DNA from: Octopus sinensis
Taxonomy: Eukaryota
Assembly: GCF_006345805.1 (NCBI RefSeq)
Contig: NC_043022.1
Span: forward strand, 25,480,737 to 25,544,736
Direction of reading: 5' to 3'
DNA: 64,000 bases
The position numbers and the translations under genes were made by a program. Each line of letters opens with the position of its first letter. Positions within the stretch are counted from its first letter, which is position 1. Positions 49,945 to 62,660 of the stretch are shown in pieces. A model generated the notes under the pieces. It did not search any database and was not told the origin of the DNA. It saw nothing but the letters and a program-made list of their open reading frames with translations.

Positions 49945-50125
49945 TGTCGCGGGTGCATTGCTTAGTGGTTAGGGTGTTGCAATCACGATTGCGAGATCGG
50001 AATTTCAGTTCGTGGATCGAGTAGTACGTTGTGTTCTTGAGCAAAACACTTCATTTGAAGTTGCTTTGCGGCCACTTGACACCTGATGTGTGGTACACCG
50101 TACACCTATCCAGGCAACGTATGTG
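49945..50125 (+). mobile_element. Old D-like SINE
   Basis: gcattgcttagtggttaggg...gttgtgttcttgagcaaaacacttcattt. Confidence 0.65.
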
Positions 50126-50140
50126 TGATAATATATATCA

Positions 50141-50430
50141 GTGATCACGTGACCGACCAGGTTATCAGGTGCTGCTACACATCGCTGGTCACAATGCGCT
50201 TCGCATTGTTTTAGCCTTCAAATGACGCCAACACGCTGGCTAAGCGAGCAGGCCAACAGAAGAAAGAGTGAGAGAAAGTTGTGGCGAAAGAGTACAGCAG
50301 GGATCGCCACCATCCCCTGCCGGGTCTCGTGGAGCTATAGGTGTTTTCGCTCAATAAACACTCACAACGCCCGGTCTGGGAGTCATGTCCGCGAGTCCGC
50401 TGCCCTAACCACTGGGCCATTGCGCCTCCA
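50141..50430 (-). mobile_element. SINE C, tail type 2
   Basis: Aligns with 3741-4050; small deletion in the tRNA part. Confidence 0.88.
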
Positions 50431-50460
<30 letters not shown>

Positions 50461-50464
<4 letters not shown>

Positions 50465-50830
50465 AAGCAGTGAATATTCATAAAGACATTATTATTGTTA
50501 ATACTATCTGCAGTAAATATAATATATTGATAATAATAGCAATAATAATATAAACGGAAGCATGTATGAAATAGTATCAAATACCAATAAAATTTGAATT
50601 AGCACTGAGCATGAGAACACACTGTGCTCTATCCTGTTTAGAAATAGGAGTCAAAAATCCCCATAAAGGCGTAGGAGTGGCTGTGTGGTAAGTAGCTTGC
50701 TTACGAACCACATGGTTCCAGGTTCAGTCCCATTGCGTGACACCTTGGGGAAGTGTCTTTTACTGTAGCCTCAGGCCGACTAAAGCCTTGTGAAAGGATA
50801 TGGTAGACGGAAACTGAAAGAAACCTGTCG

Positions 50831-50861
<31 letters not shown>

Positions 50862-51250
50862 TATATATATAATATATATATAATAAAGCAGTGAATATTC
50901 ATAAAGACATTATTATTGTTAATACTATCTGCAGTAAATATAATATATTGATAATAATAGCAATAATAATATAAACGGAAGCATGTATGAAATAGTATCA
51001 AATACCAATAAAATTTGAATTAGCACTGAGCATGAGAACACACTGTGCTCTATCCTGTTTAGAAATAGGAGTCAAAAATCCCCATAAAGGCGTAGGAGTG
51101 GCTGTGTGGTAAGTAGCTTGCTTACGAACCACATGGTTCCAGGTTCAGTCCCATTGCGTGACACCTTGGGGAAGTGTCTTTTACTGTAGCCTCAGGCCGA
51201 CTAAAGCCTTGTGAAAGGATATGGTAGACGGAAACTGAAAGAAACCTGTC

Positions 51251-51251
<1 letters not shown>
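50461..51251 (+). repeat. Apparently identical 370-bp tandem duplication between (TA)n tracts
   Basis: 50461-50830 equals 50882-51251 by eye; each copy includes a SINE B 5' half. Confidence 0.92.
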
Positions 51252-51308
<57 letters not shown>

Positions 51309-51336
51309 GACAGGTTTCTTTCAGTTTCCGTCTACC

Positions 51337-51378
<42 letters not shown>

Positions 51379-51590
51379 ATATGTTTGCGTGTCTGTATTT
51401 GTCCCCCCAACATCGCTTTACAACCGATGCTGGTGTGTTTACGTCCCTGTAACTTAGCGGTTCAGCAAAAGAGACCGATAGAATAAGTACTTGGCTTACA
51501 AAGAATAAGTCCTGGGGCCGATTTGCTCGACTAAAAGCGGTGCCCCAGCATGGCCACACTCAAATGACTGAAACAAGTAAAAGAGTATAA
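51089..51590 (+). mobile_element. SINE B with an internal fold-back palindrome
   Basis: 33-bp arms at 51219-51251 and 51308-51340 around (TA)n; B resumes afterwards. Confidence 0.88.
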
Positions 51591-51953
51591 ATCATTAAAA
51601 AACATTGAAAATATAACAGAGGGCAACAGTAAGTGGCCGAACGGTTAAATAATTATAAGGATGCCATCAAATATAGTGCCATTCGGATATTCGTGTACCA
51701 TGCTTTCAAGTTTTGGCCCGTGGGCCTCAACTCTAATGATTCTTGCAGTCAGCCGTGTTAACCTCATGAGAAAGGTTTTTTATCAGGCAGCTAAGTTGCA
51801 CTGACGGTAATTCATCTCGGCTGAGATGTTTAAGAGTCATGGTAATATTTATATATGATCAAATGTTTGGAGACGTGATGTTATATATAAAGTCGTTGAC
51901 ACGAATTTGATAATTGTTCTCTGGTCGGTGTTTTATATATATTTATGTATATA

Positions 51954-52170
51954 CAGAGTTGGCCAAAATCACTTGGCAGTAAATCAAAACCATTTAATTT
52001 CAAGATTTATTCGTGTTTAACAACTGAATGAATTTAATATAAGCATTCAAATAGGAAAAATCAGGAAAATTGTTCTCGAGCGATACTTTTTCCCAAATGA
52101 ATAAATAAAATTGAATATTAAGTATTTATGGAAGATTGATTTTCTCTCGGGTGACTTTTGGCCAACCCTG
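51954..52170. mobile_element. Tc1/mariner-type MITE
   Basis: TA|CAGAGTTGGCCAAAATCAC ... GTGACTTTTGGCCAACCCTG|TA. Confidence 0.85.
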
Positions 52171-52244
52171 TACACACACACACACACACCCCACCCACAC
52201 CACACACACACACAACAACCACCCACAATTATATATATATATAT

Positions 52245-52371
52245 AGTCCCGGGTTCAGTTGCACTGCGTGGAACCTTAGGCAAGTGTCTTTTAATGTAGC
52301 CTGGTGTCGACCAAAGCCTTGAACGGATTTGGTAGACAGAAACTGAAAGAAGCCCGTCATATATATTATAT

Positions 52372-52407
<36 letters not shown>

Positions 52408-52735
52408 ATATATATATATTACGGAGATGTACTCGCATAGCAAGTAATTTGATCTGAGATCGTGTGCTGCTGAAACGAAAACAATTGCAGCGTGGAAGGT
52501 GTTTATAAGCCATTTAAGAAACACACAAAAGCCGTTCGATTCACTTCAACATTTAAGTTTAATTTGTCAAAATATTTTCGTCGCTAAAATATATATATAT
52601 ATATATATAATCTGTTTGTGTGTGATAGAATAAGCACTAGGCTTACAATGAATAAAATTTGCGGTCGATTTCTTCGATTAAAACTACTGGAGGCAGTGCT
52701 CCAGCATGGTCGCAGTTAAATGACAATAAGTAGTA
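52245..52735 (+). mobile_element. SINE B with an unrelated insert (about 52410-52590) in its TA tract
   Basis: B halves on both sides; the insert is possibly Penelope-derived (low confidence). Confidence 0.7.
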
Positions 52736-53139
52736 AAAGAATATGTATGTATTTATATATGCATGTACATATGTATGTATATAATATATATATATATATA
52801 TATGTATTTATATATATTGTTTTTATAGGTATGTATATATGCATATGTACATATGCGTGTATACACACCTTTATGTGCCATGTGCCTATATATATACACG
52901 CGTCTATATTTTTATATTAGTAAGTGTCTATCAACTTCTCTATATTGAATGATCGTAGTTAATTTTACTTCGTCTGATTCAGACTCGGACCACCATTTTG
53001 AATTGTGTAGTAATTTGATTATTGAAGCATGATAGACATTTCATGTATTTATATTCTATGCTGTTTTGTGGAACTGCAGGCATATTATATGTTCATAGTT
53101 GGTCGCTTATTTCCTAAAATATACGAACCATACCACTGC

Positions 53140-53580
53140 AGGCTCGTACACTCTTGGTCTCAAGCATCTGTGTCTTATGAAGAAGGGCTGAAGACGCTCG
53201 ACCTTTATTGTCTCGAAAAACGACGACGCCGTGGTGATCTCATTCTCGTTCACAACATCATAAGCGGAAAGTTTAACCTCTCGAAAGAGCTGTTTTTTAC
53301 TCCTGCTCCGGAGCGTGGGCTGCGGGGTCACTCCGTGAAGCTCTATCTACGACGATTTCATCTCAATCGAAGGAGAGGGGCTTTCTCCGTCCGGGTTGCG
53401 GATCCGTGGAATAAGCTGCCGGACGAGATAGTGAAGATGCCGACGACCGCTCCGTTCAAAGTCTCTCTTGACCAGAAATGATCTGAACTCTTTGTATGAT
53501 CACCCTCCCTGTACATAACTCTCCATACATGGCCTTGCTTTTGCTTTTTGAGCCAATAAAAATTGAATTGAATTGAATTG
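53140..53580 (+). mobile_element. CR1/L2-like LINE 3' end with (ATTGA)n tail
   Basis: GLKHL/SYEEGLKTLDLYCLEKRRRRGDLILVHNIISG...LRGHSVKL...FSVRVADPWNKLPDEIV...FKVSLD. Confidence 0.9.
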
Positions 53581-53759
53581 GTTCCTCTCCATTGCCTTAA
53601 TTTGCGCGGCTGTCTCTTTATTTGAATTTCTTATCACTAGAACCACAGTAGACCTGCATTTAAATTATCTTAATGCATTCATAATAACAAGTTGTTCAAA
53701 TCTTGTGTTGTGATTGTACTGTCTTTAGATTTTCGGTCTTCACTTGTCTCTTCAGTCAG

Positions 53760-54106
53760 AGTTTGCGGAAAAAGGAGCATGATCCTGTAAATCGTAAAAG
53801 AGAGAGAGAGCACTTTGCTCTCATGTGTTTATTTCCTCCCTGCCTGAGGTTACCGTGGTCTTCTCTGTAGGCTTTTCTTTCCACGGATGAACCTAATCTT
53901 GTTTGTTACTTTGAGAGAAACAAAATTTTTTTCTTTCTGTGATACACGATCCCTTTTGATCGCTTTTTTCCCTTCCGACCCCTTTTGATCGAAATTTTAT
54001 ATTTGTTTCCTTTCTTTCTTCTTTTTCTTTTTCCATCTTGGAAAAGAAAAGCTCTACATTTGTAATTGTCCCCTCTGTGTTCAGCCCTGTGTGGCCAATA
54101 AAGAAA
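53760..54106 (+). mobile_element. Longer copy of the putative LINE 3' UTR sharing the SINE A tail
   Basis: cgatcccttttgatcg...aaaagctctacatttgtaattgtcccctctgtgttcagccctgtgtggccaataaagaaa, then (TATC)n. Confidence 0.7.
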
Positions 54107-54175
54107 GTTATCTATCTATTTATCTGTCAGTCTGTCAATCTATTTATCTATCTACCTACTTATTTATCTACCTAC

Positions 54176-54236
<61 letters not shown>

Positions 54237-54874
54237 CGTATACCTATCTATCTATCTCTATCTATATACCTATCTATCTGTCTGTCTGTCTGTCTGTCTC
54301 ATTTTAAACTGCATACTGTAGTGGGTGGGACTCTGGCCCTCGAGTTCTAGGGTTCGAACGGCGTGGAACCATCTCTTGCGGCTGTTGTCCCCAAATCTAC
54401 TCGGCCCCGGAGCAGTAGCATCTGTAAGGTTTCCAGCAGTGGGTTATCTAGTACATATGAAGATAATCCCTCTGAGCGGGGGATGCAGGAATAACTTTGA
54501 TGTTAAGGCCTGCACTGAAACCACCAGGAACCGGTCAGACCGACTCAATGGGATGGATGGCGCTAATAAACAGTTTGCCCCTCTTTTCCCTATTATCCAA
54601 TTTAGGGACATTTTGCTGCTATTTCAAGCAGTCTGAGCTACCATGTCGAGCTCGTTCATTGTCTCATGTGTGTAGGTGTTGCGCATTTGTGTATGTGTAT
54701 ATATGTTTGTATAAGCGAATATGCTTGTGTGTGTGTGTTGGGATACGCAAATGTTTGTGTTTTGGGGAGTGTGCGTGCGTAAATGTATGGGGTTATAGTG
54801 GGGATGGTATGTTGGTGATGGTGGGGTCTGCGTTTGTAGGTGTCGCACTATTCCTCTGTACAGCACATTTCTCT

Positions 54875-55080
54875 CTATATATATATGTATGCTTCTGCGT
54901 TTGTATACAAATATATGTATGGTATGTATGTGTATATATATATATGTATGCTTCTGCGTTTGTATACAAATATATGTATGGTATGTGTGTGTATATGTTA
55001 TGCCTGTATGTGTATATATATATATATGTATGTTTCTTTGTTTGTATACAAATATATGTATGGTATGAGTCTTCTATGTC

Positions 55081-55128
<48 letters not shown>

Positions 55129-55640
55129 ATATGTATGCTCTGCGTTTGTTATACAATATATGTATGGTATGTGTGTGTAATATGTTATGCCTGTATGTGT
55201 ATATATATATATGTATGCTTCTGCGTTTGTATACAAATATATGTATGGTATGTATGTCTATATGTTATGTCTATATGTGTATATATATATATGTATGTTT
55301 CTGTGTTTGTATACAAATATATGTATGGTATGTATGTGTATATGTTATGTCTGTATCTGTATATATATATATATGTATGTTTCTGTGTTTGTATACAAAT
55401 ATATGTATGGTATGTATGTCTATCTGTTATGTCTGTATGTGTATATATATATATGTTTCTGTGTTTGTATACAAATATATGTATGGTATGTATGTCTATA
55501 TGTTATGTGTGTATGTATATATATATATATATATATATGTATGCTTCTGCGTTTGTATACAATATATGTATGGTATATATGTCTATATGTTATGTCTGTA
55601 TATATATATATAATATATATATATCTATAATATATATATA
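54875..55640. repeat. Compound minisatellite, about 60-75-bp units
   Basis: gtatg(c/t)ttctg(c/t)gtttgtatacaaatatatgtatggtatg repeated about ten times. Confidence 0.92.
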
Positions 55641-55889
55641 TGTATTGTTTTTTCTGTTTATGTGAGTGTATATGTATGTATGTGTATGCGTATGGGACTA
55701 TATTTTCGTGGTTCTTCGTATGAGCTGCTGTAAACACGTTACTGACATGCGGGTGAAATATAACAAGGAAACCTTTACAGCCTTAATTGTGACCGTAACC
55801 AAATATCATCAAAATATTTTTATAAACAGACGCCATCTTGTATTCCCTTTCACTTTCACACCATCCCGCCATCACTTCGCTTTGAATAG

Positions 55890-55954
55890 CGAAAAGCAAA
55901 GAAGCGAGGTTGATGTGCTGTTAGCAAGGCTGGTTGAATGGAGCGGCACGCCGG
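55890..55954 (+). other. Candidate exon (unverified)
   Basis: Long pyrimidine tract plus tttgaatag|; (S)EKQRSEVDVLLARLVEWSGTP; only one frame open; weak donor GTAGTG. Confidence 0.15.
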
Positions 55955-56059
55955 GTAGTGACCCAGAGATGTTACGTGCAGAGTGATAGGGGAAGTTGGG
56001 TGCTTTAGGACGTGATGTCACGTTTCCAGAATATTCAAAGAAGTACAAAGGGGAAACCC

Positions 56060-56360
56060 TGAAACTATTAAAGAGATATGGCTGTGTGGTTAAGAAGCAC
56101 ACTTTGCAATCATGTGTTTCCGGTTTCAATCCCACAGCGCAGTACTTTGGTCTTCTACCCTTCCCGGGTCGACCAATGTCTTGTGAGGGAATTTAATAAA
56201 CTCAGACTGTGTGGTAAGAAGCTTGATTCTCTACCACATGGTTCTGGGTTCAGCCCCACTGCATGGCACCTTGGGCAAGTGTCTTCTACTATAGCCTCAG
56301 GCCAACCAAAATCTTGTGAGTTGATTTGGTAGACAGAAACTGAAAGAAGTCCGTCGTGTG
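56060..56360 (+). mobile_element. Two SINE B-like 5' halves
   Basis: ggctgtgtggttaagaagc...; gcatggcaccttgggcaagtgtcttctactatagcc. Confidence 0.8.
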
Positions 56361-56372
56361 TATGTATGTGCG

Positions 56373-56417
<45 letters not shown>

Positions 56418-56427
56418 GTGTGTGCTT

Positions 56428-56590
56428 GAAGGCGCATGGCTCAGTGGTTAGAGCGTCGAGCTTACGATCGTGAGGTTGTGAGTTCGAATCCCGGACCGGG
56501 CTGCGTGTTGTGTTCTTGAGTAAGACACTTTATTTCACGTTGCTCCAGTTCACTCAGCTGTAGAGATGAGTTGCGACATCACAGGTGCCA
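56428..56590 (+). mobile_element. SINE D 5' half
   Basis: Near-identical to 62940-63100; A box tggctcagtgg, B box gttcgaatcc. Confidence 0.88.
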
Positions 56591-56731
56591 TCACAGTTTG
56601 CCATTACCGTCTGCCGGAGCCGCTTGGAGCTTAGGTGTTTCGCTCGTAAACACACACATCGCCCGGTCTGAGATTCAAACCCGCGATCCCTCGACCGCGA
56701 GTCTGCTGCTCTAACCACTAGGCCATGTGCC
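56591..56731 (-). mobile_element. SINE C 5' half, fused tail-to-tail with the D half
   Basis: Reverse complement of ggcacatggcctagtggttagagcagcagactcgcggtcgaggg. Confidence 0.85.
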
Positions 56732-56769
56732 GCTAAACAAATATGTATTTAGGGTACATGTATGCATAT

Positions 56770-57125
56770 AGGTGCAGGTGTGGCTGTGTTGTCAGAAGCA
56801 TACTTTTCAACCATATGTATCCGGGTTCGGTCACACTGCGTGACACCCTGAGCTAGTGCCTTCTAGTAAAGCCTTGGGCCGACCAAAAGCTTGTGAGTGA
56901 ATTTAGTAGACGTGTGTGTTTTTGCGTCTGTTTGTCTCACCCACCATACCTTGACAACCAGTGCTGGTTTGTTTACGTCCCCGTAACTTAGTGGTGTGGC
57001 AAAAAAACCCCAACCGATAAAATAAATGCTAGATTTAAAAGAAAGAATGAAAAATGAGGTCGATTGATTCGACTAAATATACTTTAAGGTAGTGCCCCAG
57101 CATGGTCACAGTCTTGTGACTGAAA
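56770..57125 (+). mobile_element. Older SINE B
   Basis: B motifs with more divergence. Confidence 0.8.
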
Positions 57126-57169
57126 GTGGGAAAAAAGAGGTGTGTGTGTATGTTTGTTTGTTAATGTTT

Positions 57170-57587
57170 ACTCTTTACTCTTTTACTGGTTTCTGTCATG
57201 TGACTGCGGCCATGCTGGAGCACCGCCCGCCTTTAGTCGGGCGAATCGACCCCAGGACTTATTCTTTGTAAGCCTAGTACTTATTCTATCGGTCTCTTTT
57301 GCCGAACCACTAAGTTACGAGGACACGGACACACCAGCATCGGTTGTCAAGCGATGTTGGGGGGACAAACATAGATCACAAACATATATACACACACATA
57401 TATATGTATGTATATATATACATATATGCGACAGGCTTCTTTCAGTTTCCGTCTACCAAATCCACTCAGAAGGCTTTGGTCGGCCCGAGGCTATAGTAGA
57501 AGACACTTCCCCAAGGTGCCTCGCAGTGGGAGTGAACCAGAACTATGTGGTTCATAAGCAAGCTACTTACCACACAGCCACTCCTAC
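57170..57587 (-). mobile_element. SINE B, full length, inverted relative to 56770-57125
   Basis: Reverse complement of the B consensus. Confidence 0.9.
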
Positions 57588-58792
57588 GAAGTTTTCGTTT
57601 GTTTATGTTGCTCCTACCCTTCGATATTATCAAGTGGTATTTCTGTGCCGATGTGTACGCGTGTATATATTTACACATGTACAGGCATGGTGCGTAATAT
57701 GTGTGCGTTTGTAAGAACTTAGGTTTTTTTATAGAATCCAAAGAATGAATAGGAACACCACTCATGGGGTGGCGTTATATCGATCCAGAAAGGATGAAAG
57801 GCAATGTTGTCCACAGTGGAATTTGAACTAAGAGTGCAAAATGAAAAAAAAATGTCACAAGGCATTCTTCCCCGACGTTCTAACGACGCAGCCAATTCGC
57901 CCTCTTAGACAGATATTAAAAGAGAAATGGAGAAAAAAAAAACAATATTGGTTTTTCGGGAAATAGGATTGAAAATGGAGGAAGAGGAGGGAGTGAGTGA
58001 GAAGGAATGGAACGAGAGAGGAGAGAGAGAGAGAGAGAGTAAATGACCAACATAGGGAAGAGGCGACTGTGTGGAGGAAAGAAAAAAAATGTCTAGTTCA
58101 TTTAATCTCTGGAGAATGAGACACACTCACATACACACACAGGAGACAATGAGGAGAGAAAAGAGAGCCAAAGAAAAGTCCAGGTACGGACATATCCGCA
58201 TATCCACACGCGCAAGTACCGAGGGAGAGATAGGGTAGCTTAAAAAAAGAAATTATAACAATAATATCCAGTACAATAATGCAAAAAATATAGTCACAAC
58301 GCTGCAGAAAAAACTTATCAATATGGAAGAAAAGGAGATTTGACGACTAATGTCAATTGCTGATATTTTTTTCCCTCCGTTACTGGAGAGGGGCATTTAT
58401 AGTTTATCAGTTTGTGTTTGATTTCATTTTTTATATTTGGTTTTAGGTTTGTATTTGGTATTATATTTTGGTTTATATATTTCTTTTTTTGTGGGGCTAG
58501 AGATTGTATCGAATGGCGATCGACATTTTTGCTATCTTCCGCTGGCTTGTCGAAAGTAATCCCCCTCACTTTATAGCCAATCAACCATCAGCACACACTA
58601 AACACATCCACATATATACATACATATATACACATATCTTTGTGTATAAATGCATGTACATATAAGTGCATGCATATATATATTTGTGCATGTGTGTGCA
58701 AAATTGTACATGTTTGCGTATGCAAACATTCACATCTATACGTTCATATATACACATATCTTTGTGTATAAATGCATGTACATATAAGCGCA

Positions 58793-58841
<49 letters not shown>

Positions 58842-59257
58842 TTGTGCGTGTGTGTGCAAAATTGTACATGTTTACGCATGCACAGATGCATATGTATGCA
58901 GATACATTTCTAGATGTATTGATTTATGTACATTTATATGTAAATATATACGCACACATATATATGCATAAAAAAGCGTACATGTATAAACCCACCCACA
59001 CATTCATCATTCTGAGCGTCTATGTATGGTTTATTTATCTGGTCCCCAAATGTATTTTCATATTTCCCTCGTTTCATCACCTTCATACCCCCTACACACA
59101 CACACACACACATACACACACACGCACATATATATACACGCATGCACACATTCCGCCACCCAAGCCTGTGCAATGTCAAATTACATCAGCTGACCAACTG
59201 TGTTCTTTCTCGTTAATACCCTTCTGTCTGTCTGTCTGCATGTACGTGCGCGCGCAT

Positions 59258-59296
<39 letters not shown>

Positions 59297-59892
59297 GTGT
59301 GTATTTATTTACGTATGTATGTTTATGTTGCTGTAAGTGCGAGACATTTATCAGATTTTACCCGTCATGCAATATTTTCTTATACATCGCGCACATTTTC
59401 TAACATTTTGGTAGCCATTTTACTTTCATACAGCGTTCTTTTTTCCAGTCTATCTAAGCAATATTATCTGTAAGATTTTCAGTAGCTCCCTCCGTTTGGT
59501 GATAATATATATAAGTATCTATGTGTGAATGTATGCCCCTACCTACATATATACTATATTATTTATAGTATGTTTTTGTGGCAAATGATTTAAGTATTAG
59601 AAATATTGAATTTCTAAATGTCTCAGAGAGACATGAACGGTGGCGGGGCGATATAGTGGCTGTATACTGTCAACTGAACGTGACAGTCCCGTAAAGGGAA
59701 TCATACCACCGCTATTTAGCCCTACGAAGCATCGACGCGTCCTGTGGGCTTTGACGCATTTCCTGTGTTATTATTTTCTATTTTATTCAACGCTATGTAA
59801 AACCCACAACTAAAGCTCAACTCGTCTTTTTTGTAATGTCGCTCATACAATGCCCTAGTGGAAAATACAGGACACATTCATTAAAGTCATTA

Positions 59893-61050
59893 AGGCAGAA
59901 TCGTTACCGTACGTGGCGAAATGCTTAGCGGTATTTCGTCCTTCATTTTCTGAGTTCAAATACTGCCAAGGTGGATTTCGCCTTTCATCCTTTCGGAGGT
60001 CGATAAATTAAGTTCCAGAGAAACATTAGGGTCGATGTAATCCACTAGTCCCCTCCCCCGAAGATTATTATTATTATTATTAGGGCGGCGAGCTGGCAGA
60101 AACGATAGCACGCCGGGCGAAATGCGTAGCCGTATTTCGTCTGCCGTTACGTTCTGAATTCAAATTCCGCCGAGGTCGACTTTGCCTTTCATCCTTTCGG
60201 GGTCGATAAATTAAGTACCAGTTACACACTGGGGCCGATATGATCGACTTAATCCGTTTGTCTGTCGTTGTTTGTCCCCTCTCCTGGACATAGCTGTAGA
60301 GCTGAAAAAGAGGTAATTTCTACCCTTCTCCTCTGGAAGCCATCTACTCGCAATACCAGAGGGCGCACACTCGCCTACCCTAATGTAATCTCCAGGGATA
60401 CAGGCATCCAGCAACAGGACCTCCGTAATGCCATGATGGACCGTGAAGTCTGGCGTAGCATGGTAAATTCCATTGTTTCGACCACGGTCGAACAATGATG
60501 ATGATTGTCCCCTCTGTGTTTAGCCCCTTGTGGATAGTAAAGAAATAGGTATTTCGTCTGTCGTTACGTTCTGAGTTCAAATTCCGCCGAGATCGACTTT
60601 GCCTTTCATCCTTTCGGGGTCGATAACTTAAGTACCAGTTACGCACTGGAGTCGATGTGATCGACTTAATCCGTTGTCTGTCCTTGTTTGTCCCCTCTGT
60701 GTTTAGCCCCTTGTGCGTAGTAAAGAAATAGGTAGTTCGTCTGTTTTTAAGTTCTGAGTTCAAATTCCGCTGAGGTGGACTTCGCCTTTCATCCTTTCGG
60801 GGTTCTATAGTAGATGTAATACACTAGTCCCCTCCCCCGAAAATTATTATTATTAAGGCGGCGAGGTTGCAGAGTTCTTTTCACGCCCGCGAAATGCTTA
60901 GCGGTATTTCATCTGTCTTTACTTTCTGAGTTCAAATTCCGCTGAGGTCGAAAACTACCAGTGAAACACTGGGGTCGATGTAATCAACGAGTTCCCTTCC
61001 CCAAAAATTTCAGGCCTTGTGCCTTTAGTAGAAAGGAATATTATTATTGT
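59893..61050 (+). mobile_element. Cluster of SINE A and A2 copies (A2, A, A body, A2 body, A2)
   Basis: Junctions aaagaaataggtatttcgtctg (about 60548) and aaagaaataggtagttcgtctg (about 60731); A2 tails end in (ATT)n. Confidence 0.88.
60283..60504 (+). mobile_element. 5'-truncated RTE LINE inserted into SINE A, 11-bp TSD
   Basis: ttgtcccctct at 60272-60282 and 60505-60515; HSCRAEKEVISTLLLWKPSTRNTRGRTLAYPNVISRDTGIQQQDLRNAMMDREVWRSMVNSIVSTTVEQ*; (GAT)n tail. Confidence 0.93.
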
Positions 61051-61269
61051 TATTGTCGCGGTTTTTGTTGCGTGCGAACTGGCAGAGTCGTTAGGAAATA
61101 TTCTTTCCGGTTTTACATTCTGGATTCAGAATCCCCCGAGGACGGCTTCATCTTTCTCTCTTTCTAGGTCGATTTTGGGCATTCAGTGTTGATTTTCTAT
61201 CGTTTTTGTAGTTATTTTTAATGTCAACTACGGGCATTGACATTACTTTCTCCTCACCTCACTTACTCA

Positions 61270-61310
<41 letters not shown>

Positions 61311-61372
61311 ACACATACACGATATACGTATACATATACATCTGTGTGTCTCTAAATATAGCCATACATATA

Positions 61373-61404
<32 letters not shown>

Positions 61405-61514
61405 TCTATAATATATATATATATATATATATATAGAATTTATTTATGTAAATATGTACACACGCATACATACGTGTGTGGGCTTCTGGATGTATTTTAT
61501 GTATTTATGCAAAC

Positions 61515-61551
<37 letters not shown>

Positions 61552-62064
61552 TATGTATTTGCATATATGTGTGTGTGTATATATATATATGTGTGTGTGT
61601 GCATATACGCACACACCTCCTCACATTACTTTAATCTATGCTGCTGCTGCTGCTGTTATCTTCTTAATGTTCTAATCATTGTTGGTGCTGTTTTCACAAC
61701 TGAAGATGATATCCCGATAATAGCAATAACAATGATGATATCGTTATTTTGTGATATCAAATCTTTTGTTTTTACTTCCATTTTGTTTTGCTTTCTTTCT
61801 TTTAGCTGTTATTTCTGAAGTCTTTTTTTCTTTTTGTTATTGATGTTGTTCCAGTTGCCGTTGTTATTGTTGTTGTTGTTGTTGTTTTGTTTATTTAACG
61901 CTGTTTATCGCATTATTGATAATACTGTCAATGGTTGCTAAAAATTCTTTGTGACGATACTGATGCCGTTTTCTCTCATTGTTGTTGTTACAACAATTAT
62001 ATTTGACTATGATGTTGATAGCGCTCATATATGCTTACACACACACACATGCGCATTCAGGCAT

Positions 62065-62102
<38 letters not shown>

Positions 62103-62344
62103 GTATACACACATATACATACATGTATACGTACACACGCATACACACGAACACTCCTATACTGCTTCGTCTTATTGTTCTCACTTTAAGTGTTATTCTT
62201 CAAGATTTGGCTTTAACAGGAGCACCATCTGGTATCTCTGGCCAAGACATCTTACAACTGCCTTCTTCTTCTTCTTCTTCTTCCAATCAGGCCTCACGCC
62301 ATTAGATACAAAGAATAATCTCTAATTCGAGCCTACTCTAAGCT

Positions 62345-62660
62345 ACTAAGAATGCGTGTGGCAACTTGAAGATCCACCCACCACAGGCGATAGACTGGCG
62401 GTTGCACGGGCGCGAAAGCTACGTTGTTATCCTCATTCCGTAAACGGTGGCTTTTAACGGATGGAGAGCTGAAACATCCTGGGGTACAGAGGATTCGCAA
62501 TCTAGACTAGGGTCTGAAAGTTTACCACACCATAGTGGGTTACACTATGGTTCCTCTGCTTTGTGGCAGAAGTAGGAAGAAAGAATGAGAGAAAGTTGTG
62601 GTGAAAGAGTATAGCGGGGTTCACCTCCCACCACTCGCCGGAGACTTGTGGAGCTTCTAG
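62345..62660 (-). mobile_element. Old SINE C-related copy with a further tail type
   Basis: gagagaaagttgtggtgaaagagtatagc...gtggagctt is shared with C; the distal part differs. Confidence 0.55.
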
